Shown here: positions 46,244 through 56,306 of the stretch, in pieces
Layout: each line of letters starts with the position of its first letter
Position numbering within the stretch: the stretch's first letter is position 1
Source: a virus
DNA: 64,000 nucleotides
Direction: 5' to 3' (one strand)
IMG/VR virus record: IMGVR_UViG_3300036818_000127
Location: 45,418-109,417 of that record
Notes under the pieces: model-generated
Seen by the model: the letters and a program-made list of their open reading frames with translations, nothing else
Databases searched by the model: none
Told to the model about the DNA's origin: nothing
Program-made: the position numbers and the translations under genes

Positions 46244-46981
46244 GATGACAATGTTATGTCATCAATACTTATAGTGAGCAGAAAGGTACAATATATGCCT
46301 GCCAATTATTCTGAATATTCTGCTGAGGTACGTATTGCAGCTCGTGGCCTTGCAGATGGCAAATTCAATGTGGCATTCTCGCAAGACCCCAATGCCTTTA
46401 CATTAGCTGAAGCTGAGTATGATCGTCTCATGCAGGATTATATTCAGCACGGCGAAAACTCTGATCTGGCTAAGGCTGCCAGAGAGAGAAATATCGAATT
46501 GTAGTGCATCATTTAGTAACAAAGCATCCAGGAGCATTAATGTATCCTAAAATACACAAGCGTATCTTTTACGCCATTCTCGTAGCTTTTGTATGTGAGA
46601 TGGCTGGACGTACAGGTAGGGTTGTATCTGTAGTTTCTCGTTTAGGTAGTATCGTCAAAAGTAGAGTGTAGTGTAAGACGGCCTGCTCATTGCCAAAGGA
46701 GTCCAAGCCGGAGCAATGAGCAGGTTTTTCACCCATACAAGTATAGGCTATTCCTAGAATACCACAGCCCGGAAAGGACTTCTTATGAAGTGCCACATAT
46801 GCCTGCGAGAGCAAGGCATCATCCCATCTCAACATGACAATGACCAGCACACCCTATGTGATGAGCATAGAAATGAGGCAGCATCAACCTTTTATGTCGG
46901 CAAGCTTGCAAGAGAGCAGGCAGGTCGCTTATATGCAGGACATCACGATCTGAATAGGCTACTTCGATTGGTGGGTAGACA

Positions 46982-47404
46982 GTCAGGGACCTGATCCCTT
47001 AAAAGGGATGGGCTTGTAGAGATGGGGGTAGTTTTTGCCCGTCTTCTCTCTAGCTTCACCTGACCAGACCCAGCCAGGGCTGTTCCTAGAAGGCTCATAG
47101 AGAGCGGGAAACAGCTATCGGGCTACGTTAGAGGCGAAATTAGGTACCATAGGATGCGAGGGCCAGTCCGATGCTCTACGGTTGCAGGTTAAACAGGTTT
47201 ACGAGGGTTAGTGCCAGTGCTTGCAACGACAAACCGCTTTCTAACTTCGTCGAGGCCCCCATTACCTGGGAAACCAGTGGGGTTTAGCCGTTCCGTCATA
47301 AAACGGCTCCCCGCAAGGGGATTACTCCTAAACTAATCCAGCCTGCGGGCTACTTCTTTCCTCCCAACCACTAAAAGGGAATGGGTTTCCAGAAAGGATA
47401 ACTG
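46982..47404 (+). mobile_element. non-autonomous IS200/IS605-family element with IscB-type omegaRNA (HEARO-like), no iscB ORF
   Basis: GTCAGGGACC..CCCTTAAAAGGG..GGCTTG, TGACCAGAC, CTACGTT, GGATGC..CCAGTCC, TTAAACAG, AAACC..TAAC..GTCGAGGC..ATTACC; terminal hairpin shared with 9962-10390. Confidence 0.85.
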
Positions 47405-48240
47405 ATGAGAAAGTTTTTAGCATGGGTCATCCATAGATTATCAGATAGGTGCGGTACTTGTGACTACTACGAATGTTCATATTGTTCTGCATGCCATAAT
47501 CCTGATTGCTCATCGTATAGGGAGTGCTTTTACCGATGAGCCAACAACAAGAGCCTCTCCAAGAGGGGGATACCGTTGAGGTTTTCGGAGATCGCCGCAC
47601 GTGGCTTAACGGCCTTCAAGGGAGGGTCTTTGATATTATCGGAGACCGCATACACATCTACTTTGAAGGTGCGATCGCTGCTGAGAAGCAGGTAGTTGTC
47701 CTTCGCAAGAATGTCAGGAAGGTAAAACGTGAACTTTGAGCTAATGACAAATGATGAGATTAGGGATCTCATCATTGATACCATCGATGCAGGGGAATAT
47801 CGGAAGCGCCAGGAATTATGGGCACCGTTGATGCTAGATGAAATGCCTCCGCTGCCTCAACATATAAACAAGGCAATGGAAAGGCGCGAGCAGATTGGGA
47901 ACATCGCTCGCGGGATCTACCGTCAGACGGGGATTACCCCGACAAATGAGGATATTCAGAAAGCTGTAGCGCGTGGCATGGCATTGATTGAAAAGCTAGA
48001 GAGGTAGCAGAATGGGAAAAGAGATATTCCCTACTATGAATGAAATCCCCCAAAGCATGCAGGACACGCTGGAAATAGCATGCAAGGCTATCGAGTGGGA
48101 CGAGAAGGAAGTGACATCGGAGGCTGTAGCGCAGCATATACGTCAGCACTTGTGGCACCGTGAGCAACCACTTCCTTCCCTTATTAAGGTTTTTGTAGAC
48201 AATTGGCATAGCCCAGCAACTATATAGAACAATAGGAGAA

Positions 48241-48954
48241 TTGAACATGAGCGCAAAGTTTCGGAATGTCGGCCCTGAGTCGGCAATGCCTGGAGGAGGC
48301 TCTGAGAATGGTCATTTTGACCCACGAGCCACCCACAAATTTACTGTAGATGAAGAGGAGGGCACCCTGGACAACATGGCCTATGAGGGTGCTGCTGCCC
48401 AAAATCCGATGGTGAAACTGGTCATCGGATTTGCTCAGGTCATATGGGGATGTATCTCGAACTGTATTCAGGTTGCCACATCCAGTATGGCATGGCTGTC
48501 TATGATCACGGCACAGCCTGCATTTAATAACATCCCTGACTTTCTCATGTCTCCGTTTGCATGGAAAGTCACAATTGCACTTGTGATGGGCATTGCACCT
48601 CAAGTGTTGTTGCATATGCACAGCCAGCCTATCACGGATACCTGGATGCGACTGAAAAACATGCAGAATTTTCGGGTTAAGGCATTCAGTAGCAAGATAG
48701 AAGTCAAGAAGGTGCTTAATGCGCGAGCATTCCTGGGCTATGTTGGTCTCGGAGCGGATGTAGTGAGTGATGCCACATTCGTCAATCTCTTCACGGAAAA
48801 CATTCTTGCGATCATCTTCTGGATGTTTGTCCTTACTGGATGCAGCACCATCTGTATGTACGACGGTGCGAATAAGGTATGGGGCGCATTCGAGGATTAC
48901 AGGGATTATAAGCATTATCATAATATGCATGATCCTAAGAAGGAGAAGCAATAA
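48241..48954 (+). CDS. multi-pass membrane protein (transfer-module associated)
   Basis: several hydrophobic helices, directly upstream of the ATPase. Confidence 0.65.
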   Translation: MNMSAKFRNVGPESAMPGGGSENGHFDPRATHKFTVDEEEGTLDNMAYEGAAAQNPMVKLVIGFAQVIWGCISNCIQVATSSMAWLSMITAQPAFNNIPDFLMSPFAWKVTIALVMGIAPQVLLHMHSQPITDTWMRLKNMQNFRVKAFSSKIEVKKVLNARAFLGYVGLGADVVSDATFVNLFTENILAIIFWMFVLTGCSTICMYDGANKVWGAFEDYRDYKHYHNMHDPKKEKQ

Positions 48955-48955
48955 G

Positions 48956-50704
48956 ATGCATCAAGGAGGCTCAACTAAATCATACATCTCTTTCGGTTTG
49001 TTTGTTTTACTTGTTGGTATTCTGTCCTCTGTTTTTGCAAGAAAGGGGACAAATGCCGTTGCTTGGCTCGTGATTGTGATACTTGCAGTTGTGTTTATTA
49101 CACCAATTGTTTTCAAACACACGAGAAAACACTGGAATAGAGCGATCACGAGTAGGCCTTCTAAGCTTGATTTTGCTTTGGCCCCAAGCGGCCATAGGCG
49201 TGCTCGCTACCTAGAGACCAATGAAGAGTACGCTGCACAAACAGTTGTTATCCCGACTCCAAACAGGCCCTTAATCCCTGATACGGTTGAAGTCCCTGAT
49301 CAGAGAACACTTGCTGCTGCTTACCAGTCTACGGTATCGGCTCCATACTCTCGTAGCAAGCAACTCTATGAAATGACCCAAGGTGGTAGTCCTAGTCCGT
49401 CGAGGGCAATGGTCCCTGTAAAATCCCAATCTGTCGAATCTATTCAACAGAGGGATAACCCTAAGCTGCATCTTGCGCCGAACTGTACACCTTATATTGA
49501 CGATATTCTTGGACATGCCATTCTCGGCGTCGGAATGAGAGGAAGTGGAAAAAGCTCACTAGCCGCACTAATCATCGAGGAAGTATGCCAGCATCACATT
49601 CCTGCGCTCGTGTGTGATCCAGAAGAAGAGTACGTCACATTACCATCAGTCCTTCGAGAACGGTGTGTGATCGCTGGCCCCCCGACCTGGGGTGAAAAGT
49701 GGCGATATCAAGATCTATATTGGGAAGTTACCGAAGAAAATGCGGCAGAGGTTGGGTACCTGATCTTAGATGAAGGATGGCAAGTTGTTCTGCAAGTCGG
49801 TGCATATGAAACACTTGAGCTTGCAGCAACAATCATGGTCAGTGTGATTAAAGGGATGTTTGCATGGGCAGATGATCATGATCCATGCAAACGGGTGCCT
49901 TGCCTTATCTTCCTGGATGAGGCGCAGTACTTCCTTCCACAGAATGAAACAGTCTCTTCTATTGCAAAAGAAGAAGCAAATAGCTTGCTCAAGATTTTTA
50001 TGGATGTGAATGCGCGTGGGCGCAAACGTGGGCTGACTCCAGCCATCTTCACACAGCGAATAGCGCAAGTCAGGAAAGAAGTCATTGCTGGCTCGGAGAT
50101 TTACTTTCTCGGCAGGCAGACTATGGACAATGATGTCAACCGATATATAGACATTGTAGGAAAAGGAAAACTTGATCCTTCAGTAGTGCAGACATTGCCA
50201 CAAGGAGACTTTGCGGTGTTTGAAGGTGGCGAAGTGTTCATTACCCATATGAACAAACGAAAATCAGAGCACCGGAGCAATACCCCCAAGCATGCACAAG
50301 CTATTGAGAGGTATGCAAACAAGCCAGTTGCCACGAAAAAGTTTCGCTCGGTCCAGACGACATTGCTTGATGAGTATGAAGGCACTGATCCCAGGGATGA
50401 AGACATTAACGAGAATGAAGGCTATCCCTTCTCTCCAAGTAGAGACACTGGTACAGGTGAAAACAAAATCAGCGGACAACCGAAGACACCCGATCTTATT
50501 GTGCTAGGCAAGGACCCCATATCAGGTAACCCTGTGCACACGACCAGACAAGGATTTAATGTTGCTGTCAAGCTACGCAAGGCAGGGACCTTCAAAGGCT
50601 ACCGAGATCTCATGGAACCATTTGATCTCTCTGAGCACCATGCGAAGGCGCTAAACAAATTAGTCCTAGTAGAACTTGGGCTGCGAGACAGCGAGAGTGA
50701 TTGA
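48956..50704 (+). CDS. membrane-anchored HerA/FtsK-superfamily (DUF87/VirB4-like) ATPase
   Basis: 2 N-terminal TM helices; Walker A GMRGSGKS, Walker B IFLDEAQ, RGRKRG, FTQR. Confidence 0.8.
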   Translation: MHQGGSTKSYISFGLFVLLVGILSSVFARKGTNAVAWLVIVILAVVFITPIVFKHTRKHWNRAITSRPSKLDFALAPSGHRRARYLETNEEYAAQTVVIPTPNRPLIPDTVEVPDQRTLAAAYQSTVSAPYSRSKQLYEMTQGGSPSPSRAMVPVKSQSVESIQQRDNPKLHLAPNCTPYIDDILGHAILGVGMRGSGKSSLAALIIEEVCQHHIPALVCDPEEEYVTLPSVLRERCVIAGPPTWGEKWRYQDLYWEVTEENAAEVGYLILDEGWQVVLQVGAYETLELAATIMVSVIKGMFAWADDHDPCKRVPCLIFLDEAQYFLPQNETVSSIAKEEANSLLKIFMDVNARGRKRGLTPAIFTQRIAQVRKEVIAGSEIYFLGRQTMDNDVNRYIDIVGKGKLDPSVVQTLPQGDFAVFEGGEVFITHMNKRKSEHRSNTPKHAQAIERYANKPVATKKFRSVQTTLLDEYEGTDPRDEDINENEGYPFSPSRDTGTGENKISGQPKTPDLIVLGKDPISGNPVHTTRQGFNVAVKLRKAGTFKGYRDLMEPFDLSEHHAKALNKLVLVELGLRDSESD

Positions 50705-51277
50705 GGAAGAGAGTGAGGGACAGACCCCTAAGCTCAGGGACAGGGGGTGGGTATCGGCTCTCGCAGTCTCTCACTAGAAGACACCGATTAGAAAAGGAAA
50801 AGACAATGCCAACAAGACGACCAAGTCAGCCACGACATGAGGAACAGAAGACACTCACACTCTGGGGACATAGAGGATGGCACAATCCAGATACTAGGGA
50901 CTATAACACAGGTTCAATTAATCGCGGCCACATCCATCTTAATAAGGCCATACAAGACATTGCTAATCAAGTGACTGTCCATAGTGTAAGTCATTCAAGT
51001 ATTGTTATCCCTTTAGAGGGTAGCAATGTCCAGCTACTCTATATGTCGGCTACCATTTTGTATTCTGGCGATTGGGATACGAGTGATGGTACGGTTTTTG
51101 AAGTCCAAATGTAGATCAGACTTTGGGAGACTTTCAAACCAATGTCTCCCAAAGTCTGACGATGTCGAGCCACTATCTCTCAACGAAAAGTGATGTCTTT
51201 CCCCGCAGACATTCACACAAAACTTCCACAAAACTTCCACAAAATCCCGACAAAAAGTCAGGGAGAAAGGCACAAAC

Positions 51278-52426
51278 ATGTTCGGTTTTTCTCGAAAAAA
51301 AGAGGGCAAAAAAGTCGATGAAAAGCAGCATCAAAACATGAATAGTTTCATCGCAAAAGCCCACCGTTTACAGCGAAAAAGTATCGGTTTAATCGTTGCT
51401 TCAGGCGGCGTTTTAGCCTTCATACTTTCCTTCCTTTTGATCGTTGCTGGTATTGTTATGACGGCGCTGATTCATCCGCCGACAGACAACATTATCGGGC
51501 TGATCCTCTACATCATTGTCCTGATATTTGCCTCTTTGATGATCGGCATTTTGATCGAGCGACTTACAGCTACAAACAGCACAAAACTTCGATTAATGGG
51601 AGAAGCTGTTGAGGAAGCTGAAGCAAGATTTTCCCAGATCAAAGGACCCCCCGCAGCGGCGGCAACGGCAGAATATGAGAAGCAAAAAATAGCTGCCCAA
51701 AAAGGCAAGCGGGTGATTATCTTTTTGATCACTCTGGGCACTAGTTTATCGATGCTTTGTGAGTCATTTTGCATCCACTTCTTATTCACTTCTTGGGACC
51801 TGTATGTAGGATGGATTGCAAGTTTTTTCCTCTCGGGATTAGTATCCTACACGCTGATTTCCTCAGAGCTTCACAAGAAGCATGAGGCTGCGATAATCCT
51901 TGACTCTCTTGATACAGACAATTTCTTGGGAGTGGCAGCTCATGCCACAATCAAGGATAGGGTCCATGAGAGGATGCTTACACAGTCTACCGTCAAAGTG
52001 GATGAAATCGCCAACTCAGCAGTCATGCTCCAGGCAATCGATCAGGCGGTAATTCAGCATGTCGATGAGGTCATGCACGGTGGAGGCGAGATTGTCGAAC
52101 GGATCACAGATGAGCGCGAGCAGAGACGCCTTGCAGAAGTGCAAGAGCGTGAGCGGACACGCCAGCAGCTTACCATCATCCATGGTGGGCGTGGAGATGA
52201 GGACACATCAACCTCTACTGTTGTTGCTTCCTTTGATAACCCGAAACCAGTGAAGAGTAAGAACCACCAGGAGATTGAAGAGTTGTATCGCAAGTTCGGT
52301 GAGGTCCACTTCTCTTCACGGACAAAGAACAGGTTATCCAGCCGAATGAACGTGACCGTTCGGCACATTGACCGGATACTCAATCAGATCAAGGAAGAGA
52401 TGAAATCATCTCAGAGGGAAGCATGA
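51278..52426 (+). CDS. 4-TM + coiled-coil protein with C-terminal HTH (Spd-like)
   Basis: four hydrophobic segments, charged coiled coil, C-terminal LSSRMNVTVRHIDRIL. Confidence 0.55.
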   Translation: MFGFSRKKEGKKVDEKQHQNMNSFIAKAHRLQRKSIGLIVASGGVLAFILSFLLIVAGIVMTALIHPPTDNIIGLILYIIVLIFASLMIGILIERLTATNSTKLRLMGEAVEEAEARFSQIKGPPAAAATAEYEKQKIAAQKGKRVIIFLITLGTSLSMLCESFCIHFLFTSWDLYVGWIASFFLSGLVSYTLISSELHKKHEAAIILDSLDTDNFLGVAAHATIKDRVHERMLTQSTVKVDEIANSAVMLQAIDQAVIQHVDEVMHGGGEIVERITDEREQRRLAEVQERERTRQQLTIIHGGRGDEDTSTSTVVASFDNPKPVKSKNHQEIEELYRKFGEVHFSSRTKNRLSSRMNVTVRHIDRILNQIKEEMKSSQREA

Positions 52427-52859
52427 ACAACACAGTACTGGTGTACCTCTTTTTGCTTGCCATTGGAGCATGGGTAACTAGCCTGCGGCTTCTCATAAGG
52501 AGTATCCGGCGAGGGGATTTTAGCAGGAACATGCTCATCCTCATCCTGTTCATGCAGATCTCATCCTATGGTCTATCTGCACTACTTTTCTTTCGCTAGA
52601 AACGGGCAATTCCAGCATATGCTTCACAATGCTCTACAATCCCATTCTGGTAGAGCATACGGCTAGTAGTACTATCTATCCCCGCAAGCCTGTAAGGGAC
52701 CCTGACGGGGTACATAAACAAAAAGTTGTAGAGTTTTCTACAAATAGTAGAAGGAAATTCAATCATGATTGATTTGTCTCTCTCTCTCCTGTCTTTGGTG
52801 ATAGCTATCATTGTCCCTCTAGCCCTCTTTGCAGCTGGAAGCTTCATAGGAGGTAGGTT

Positions 52860-53528
52860 GTGAAGAGGGCTGTTGCTGTCCTAGGATTGTTTCTTATCGT
52901 GCTCATACTTAGTGGATGTGGTGACATGACCACCGGACTTAATTACCTCGCAACAGGTGACACATCGATGCCTTCATCTGGTCTAAGTAGTTTTTCCCTC
53001 TCCTTTCCCAGCTTTGGATCGGGACCTAGTAACACACAATCATCCTCACAACCCCCACCGTCCACGGGTGATTCAGTAGTCGGAGGTCCCTCACTCAGTG
53101 CCGACTTCATCAACCAAGTACTCTCTACTGCGGGGTCGCCAGCAGTAGGCACAGGTGATACCTTCTATTCAATGTCGTCCAAGTACAACATCGATGATGC
53201 CTGGGCGCTGGCCTTCTTCAAGCATGAGAGTACTTATGGGCACTATGGAGTAGCTAATTCCAGTCTTTCTATAGGGAACATCCGATGTGTGTATAAGGGG
53301 TATGAGGACCTTGGCCCATGGTGCCAGGACAACTTCACGCACTGGCCGTCCTGGCAAGCTGGGATAGAGGCATGGTATCGTTTAATCCGTAATGTGTATG
53401 TCAACTCGTGGGGATACTCCACTATCGAAAGCATCATTCCACACTATGCACCTAATGCCGACCACAATAACGAGGCAGTCTATATCTCGTCTGTTGAGGG
53501 CTCGGTAGCAGGATGGAGACAATCATGA
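52860..53528 (+). CDS. lipoprotein peptidoglycan hydrolase (glucosaminidase/lysozyme-like)
   Basis: lipobox LSGC, Ser/Pro linker, KYNID..WALAFFKHESTYG, IIPHYAP. Confidence 0.75.
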   Translation: MKRAVAVLGLFLIVLILSGCGDMTTGLNYLATGDTSMPSSGLSSFSLSFPSFGSGPSNTQSSSQPPPSTGDSVVGGPSLSADFINQVLSTAGSPAVGTGDTFYSMSSKYNIDDAWALAFFKHESTYGHYGVANSSLSIGNIRCVYKGYEDLGPWCQDNFTHWPSWQAGIEAWYRLIRNVYVNSWGYSTIESIIPHYAPNADHNNEAVYISSVEGSVAGWRQS

Positions 53529-54549
53529 CACCACATCCAACGTGTCAACGTACATTTTCCGTTATAGAGTATCTTCACAGTAAAGGTAAGGATAGCTCAA
53601 CAGAGGCTTTATTGAAGATATTGCCATATCGTGAAAAAGACATACTAGCATATATCCTGAAACTGGTACATGATGGATGTATTGAGATGGATGACAATCG
53701 TATGTGGTACCCAAGTAAACAAGTTGGAGAAACGGATGAATCATGAAGACTATCTTACCTTCTTAGAGAGAAGAAGGAAATTGAGCAATTCACATCTTTA
53801 TCCAGATGAGCTGCTTACTGTGCCGCTAGAAGCATTCCTAGAAGATGTCACGTATGAAGTTATTGAGCCGACGGTCCTCAAGATAACCTTTACTGAGGAT
53901 GAAGAGGACCACAAGCTCTGGTGTATGTACTATATGCTTTCAGTTCTTTTTAGAGCATATGGAACAGGGCCAGCCAAGTGTGGATGTTATGGCACGCTTG
54001 GCCCTGACTATCAGAGCTATGGATTCCGCAGTCAAGATGATCTAGAGAGAGCGCGGTCGATCTTTCATTTTCCAGAGGGCTTCATTGCAGGTCCACCGAT
54101 CTATATCGGTCCACAGCCATAAGAGGGGAGGGGAATACTTTGATTAGATTATTAGTAGGAATGCTGGCCGGACTTGGGTTCGCACTCCAGTACAACAGAC
54201 AGTATGCCTTCGTTGCGCTCGGAATTATCGGCTTTATCCTGCTTGTCTTTCTCGTTGAGAGATGGATAAGCGGCGGGAGCCGGACACCAGATTATGACCA
54301 GCCTACAAAGAGGCTCACACTTAGAAGGAGAAACTGACATAAAACGATATCAGGATATTATTGCAGCATCTTCACGTGACAACCGTGAGGCTAGGAGGAT
54401 TGCAAGTGGATTGTGTGAGAAAGAGTATCCTCCAGGACGAGGATACCTCGGTCACTTCTCGGTCGCAGGTCTGGTCCATGAAGGACCAAGGCGTGGTTCT
54501 GACGGTGAGTTCTACAACCTCATCATAGAACCTGTATAGTCTAGGACCC

Positions 54550-54584
54550 TTGACAGGTAGCAATGGTTATGCTATGCTACCTGT
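54550..54584 (+). promoter_or_regulatory. promoter with overlapping inverted-repeat operator
   Basis: TTGACA(54550)-17-TATGCT; perfect inverted repeat acaggtagca (54553-62) / tgctacctgt (54575-84). Confidence 0.7.
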
Positions 54585-54775
54585 ACAGCCCGTCTGGGAT
54601 TGAAAATCTCTGATCTCTACTACTCCGATAGGAGCCTATACATCCCGCTAGCGGGATTGAAACATTTCATCAATTGGTCAGAAATGACCAAGTTAAAACG
54701 GCGTGCCGTCTTGAAACACCTGCCAGTCTCCTTTTGACTGGCAGTCTTTTTGTACCCGATTAGAAGGATTGAAAC
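54583..54775 (+). CRISPR. degenerate CRISPR-repeat-like units ending (GGA)TTGAAAC with hairpin spacers
   Basis: Four units ending at ~54605, 54663, 54717 and 54775 (period 54-58 nt), e.g. ATCCCGCTAGCGGGATTGAAAC. Confidence 0.6.
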
Positions 54776-55339
54776 ATGTATTGCACAAAAATTGACATCT
54801 TTCGGTGTCCAAAGTATCCCCTCGTACTCGGTGCGATCTATGAAAAGATCGCTGAGCATCCCCGACTTCCAGATCTTCGCACGATTCAGAAGAGTGCGAA
54901 GGAAGATGTAACATGGCCGGATAGGTCATACAACCGTCTGGAGGTCTACTACCTTGATAATTTAGTAGAGGCCAATCGTCGTGAACTCTTCCAATTGCGA
55001 TTTAGCACAGCCCCTAATTCACGTGAGCTGACTTCACTCTTTCTTTCAATTGAAGAGAGTCAGGTAGTCAGTATTTCTATTCAGTTCCCTGGAAAGACGG
55101 GGCAAATGGCTGCTAGTCACGTGATTGGCGCAATCAAAAGCACCGTGCATGAGCTGAAGATTAGCCCAGATGATCTCTATCTAGAGGTCCAAGCTTTCCC
55201 TGAACAAGGGAGTGCGAGCTATATCAGTGAGCATAGGCTATCGGCTTTTGTCTGGATTAATGGACTTGATCGCTACCTCCATGTCCGCGAAGATCCGCAA
55301 GGTGTCCGCATGGTTCGGACAGGTAAGATCAAGCTCTAA
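54776..55339 (+). CDS. hypothetical protein directly after the repeat units
   Basis: 187-aa ORF; ATG abuts the last GAAAC. Confidence 0.5.
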   Translation: MYCTKIDIFRCPKYPLVLGAIYEKIAEHPRLPDLRTIQKSAKEDVTWPDRSYNRLEVYYLDNLVEANRRELFQLRFSTAPNSRELTSLFLSIEESQVVSISIQFPGKTGQMAASHVIGAIKSTVHELKISPDDLYLEVQAFPEQGSASYISEHRLSAFVWINGLDRYLHVREDPQGVRMVRTGKIKL

Positions 55340-55638
55340 CTTTAAAAGGAGTAGTCAATGCCAGATGAGATAACGGCAACCATTCAATGTGAGAACTGTC
55401 ATCGTCTTGCAATGAATGAAACTGCTATATCAGATGGATCTAAAATCAAGATCCGCTCAGATCAGTGCAGCCATTGCTACATTACTGGCTCTCTTGTTGT
55501 GAAAATATCTGTGTCACAACAAGAGAGCCACTTGGAGCATGAGAATGATTTGTCTCCAGAAGAGATTGCGGAGGAATGTGCAATCATTCACCCTAACCTG
55601 ACACATGAAGAGTATGAGATTTCCAGAAAGGGAACAAC

Positions 55639-56190
55639 ATGACAATAGGAATTGACATTTCAGTATATGAATTATTTCTCACTGATTTGGATGGAACTTT
55701 AGTGCTGCCAGTCCGTGGAAAGACCTTCCCTGAAACAGTAGGTGATCGCCGGATTATGTCAGACAGGCATTCAGTACTTGATGAGCTGCATGCACAAGGT
55801 AAAAAGGTCTGCATCATCACCAACCAGGGTGGCCGTGCCTGGGATATCTTCAGCAATACTGAGTTTGAAGCATGGATGGATCAGTTCTGTGCCCGCTATA
55901 ACATTGATGGGTATCAGGTCTGCTATCATGATACGGGTAAGGCGTCTCAGTTATATCCTGAGAAAATTGTCCTAGGTCTCGGCGGTCCTGATCTTACTCC
56001 TGACGGATTTGAACGGCGCAAGCCTGGACCTGGAATGTTGATCCAGGCAATGCAACATTTCGGGGTTTCAAAGGAACGAACATTAATGATCGGTGACAGG
56101 CATGAGGATGAGGGCGCTGCTGCTGCTGCGGGCGTACTCTATGTTCCTGCTTGGAAGTTTTTCGGAGACCCCGAGCCAAGTCCTTTCTAG
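55639..56190 (+). CDS. HAD-IIIA phosphatase (GmhB/PNKP-like)
   Basis: DLDGTL, ITNQGG, RRKPGPGML, MIGDRHED. Confidence 0.9.
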   Translation: MTIGIDISVYELFLTDLDGTLVLPVRGKTFPETVGDRRIMSDRHSVLDELHAQGKKVCIITNQGGRAWDIFSNTEFEAWMDQFCARYNIDGYQVCYHDTGKASQLYPEKIVLGLGGPDLTPDGFERRKPGPGMLIQAMQHFGVSKERTLMIGDRHEDEGAAAAAGVLYVPAWKFFGDPEPSPF

Positions 56191-56242
56191 GGAGGAAACT
56201 AAAGCCCTTTAGAGATTAGATAAAAACTGGTCTCTAAAGGGC

Positions 56243-56271
56243 TTGACAGTTTATGGAAGATATGCTATACT
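56243..56271 (+). promoter_or_regulatory. conserved early promoter, copy 11
   Basis: exact consensus. Confidence 0.85.
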
Positions 56272-56306
56272 TAGGATAGATAAGAAACACACGGAGGAAT
56301 CGAGAA

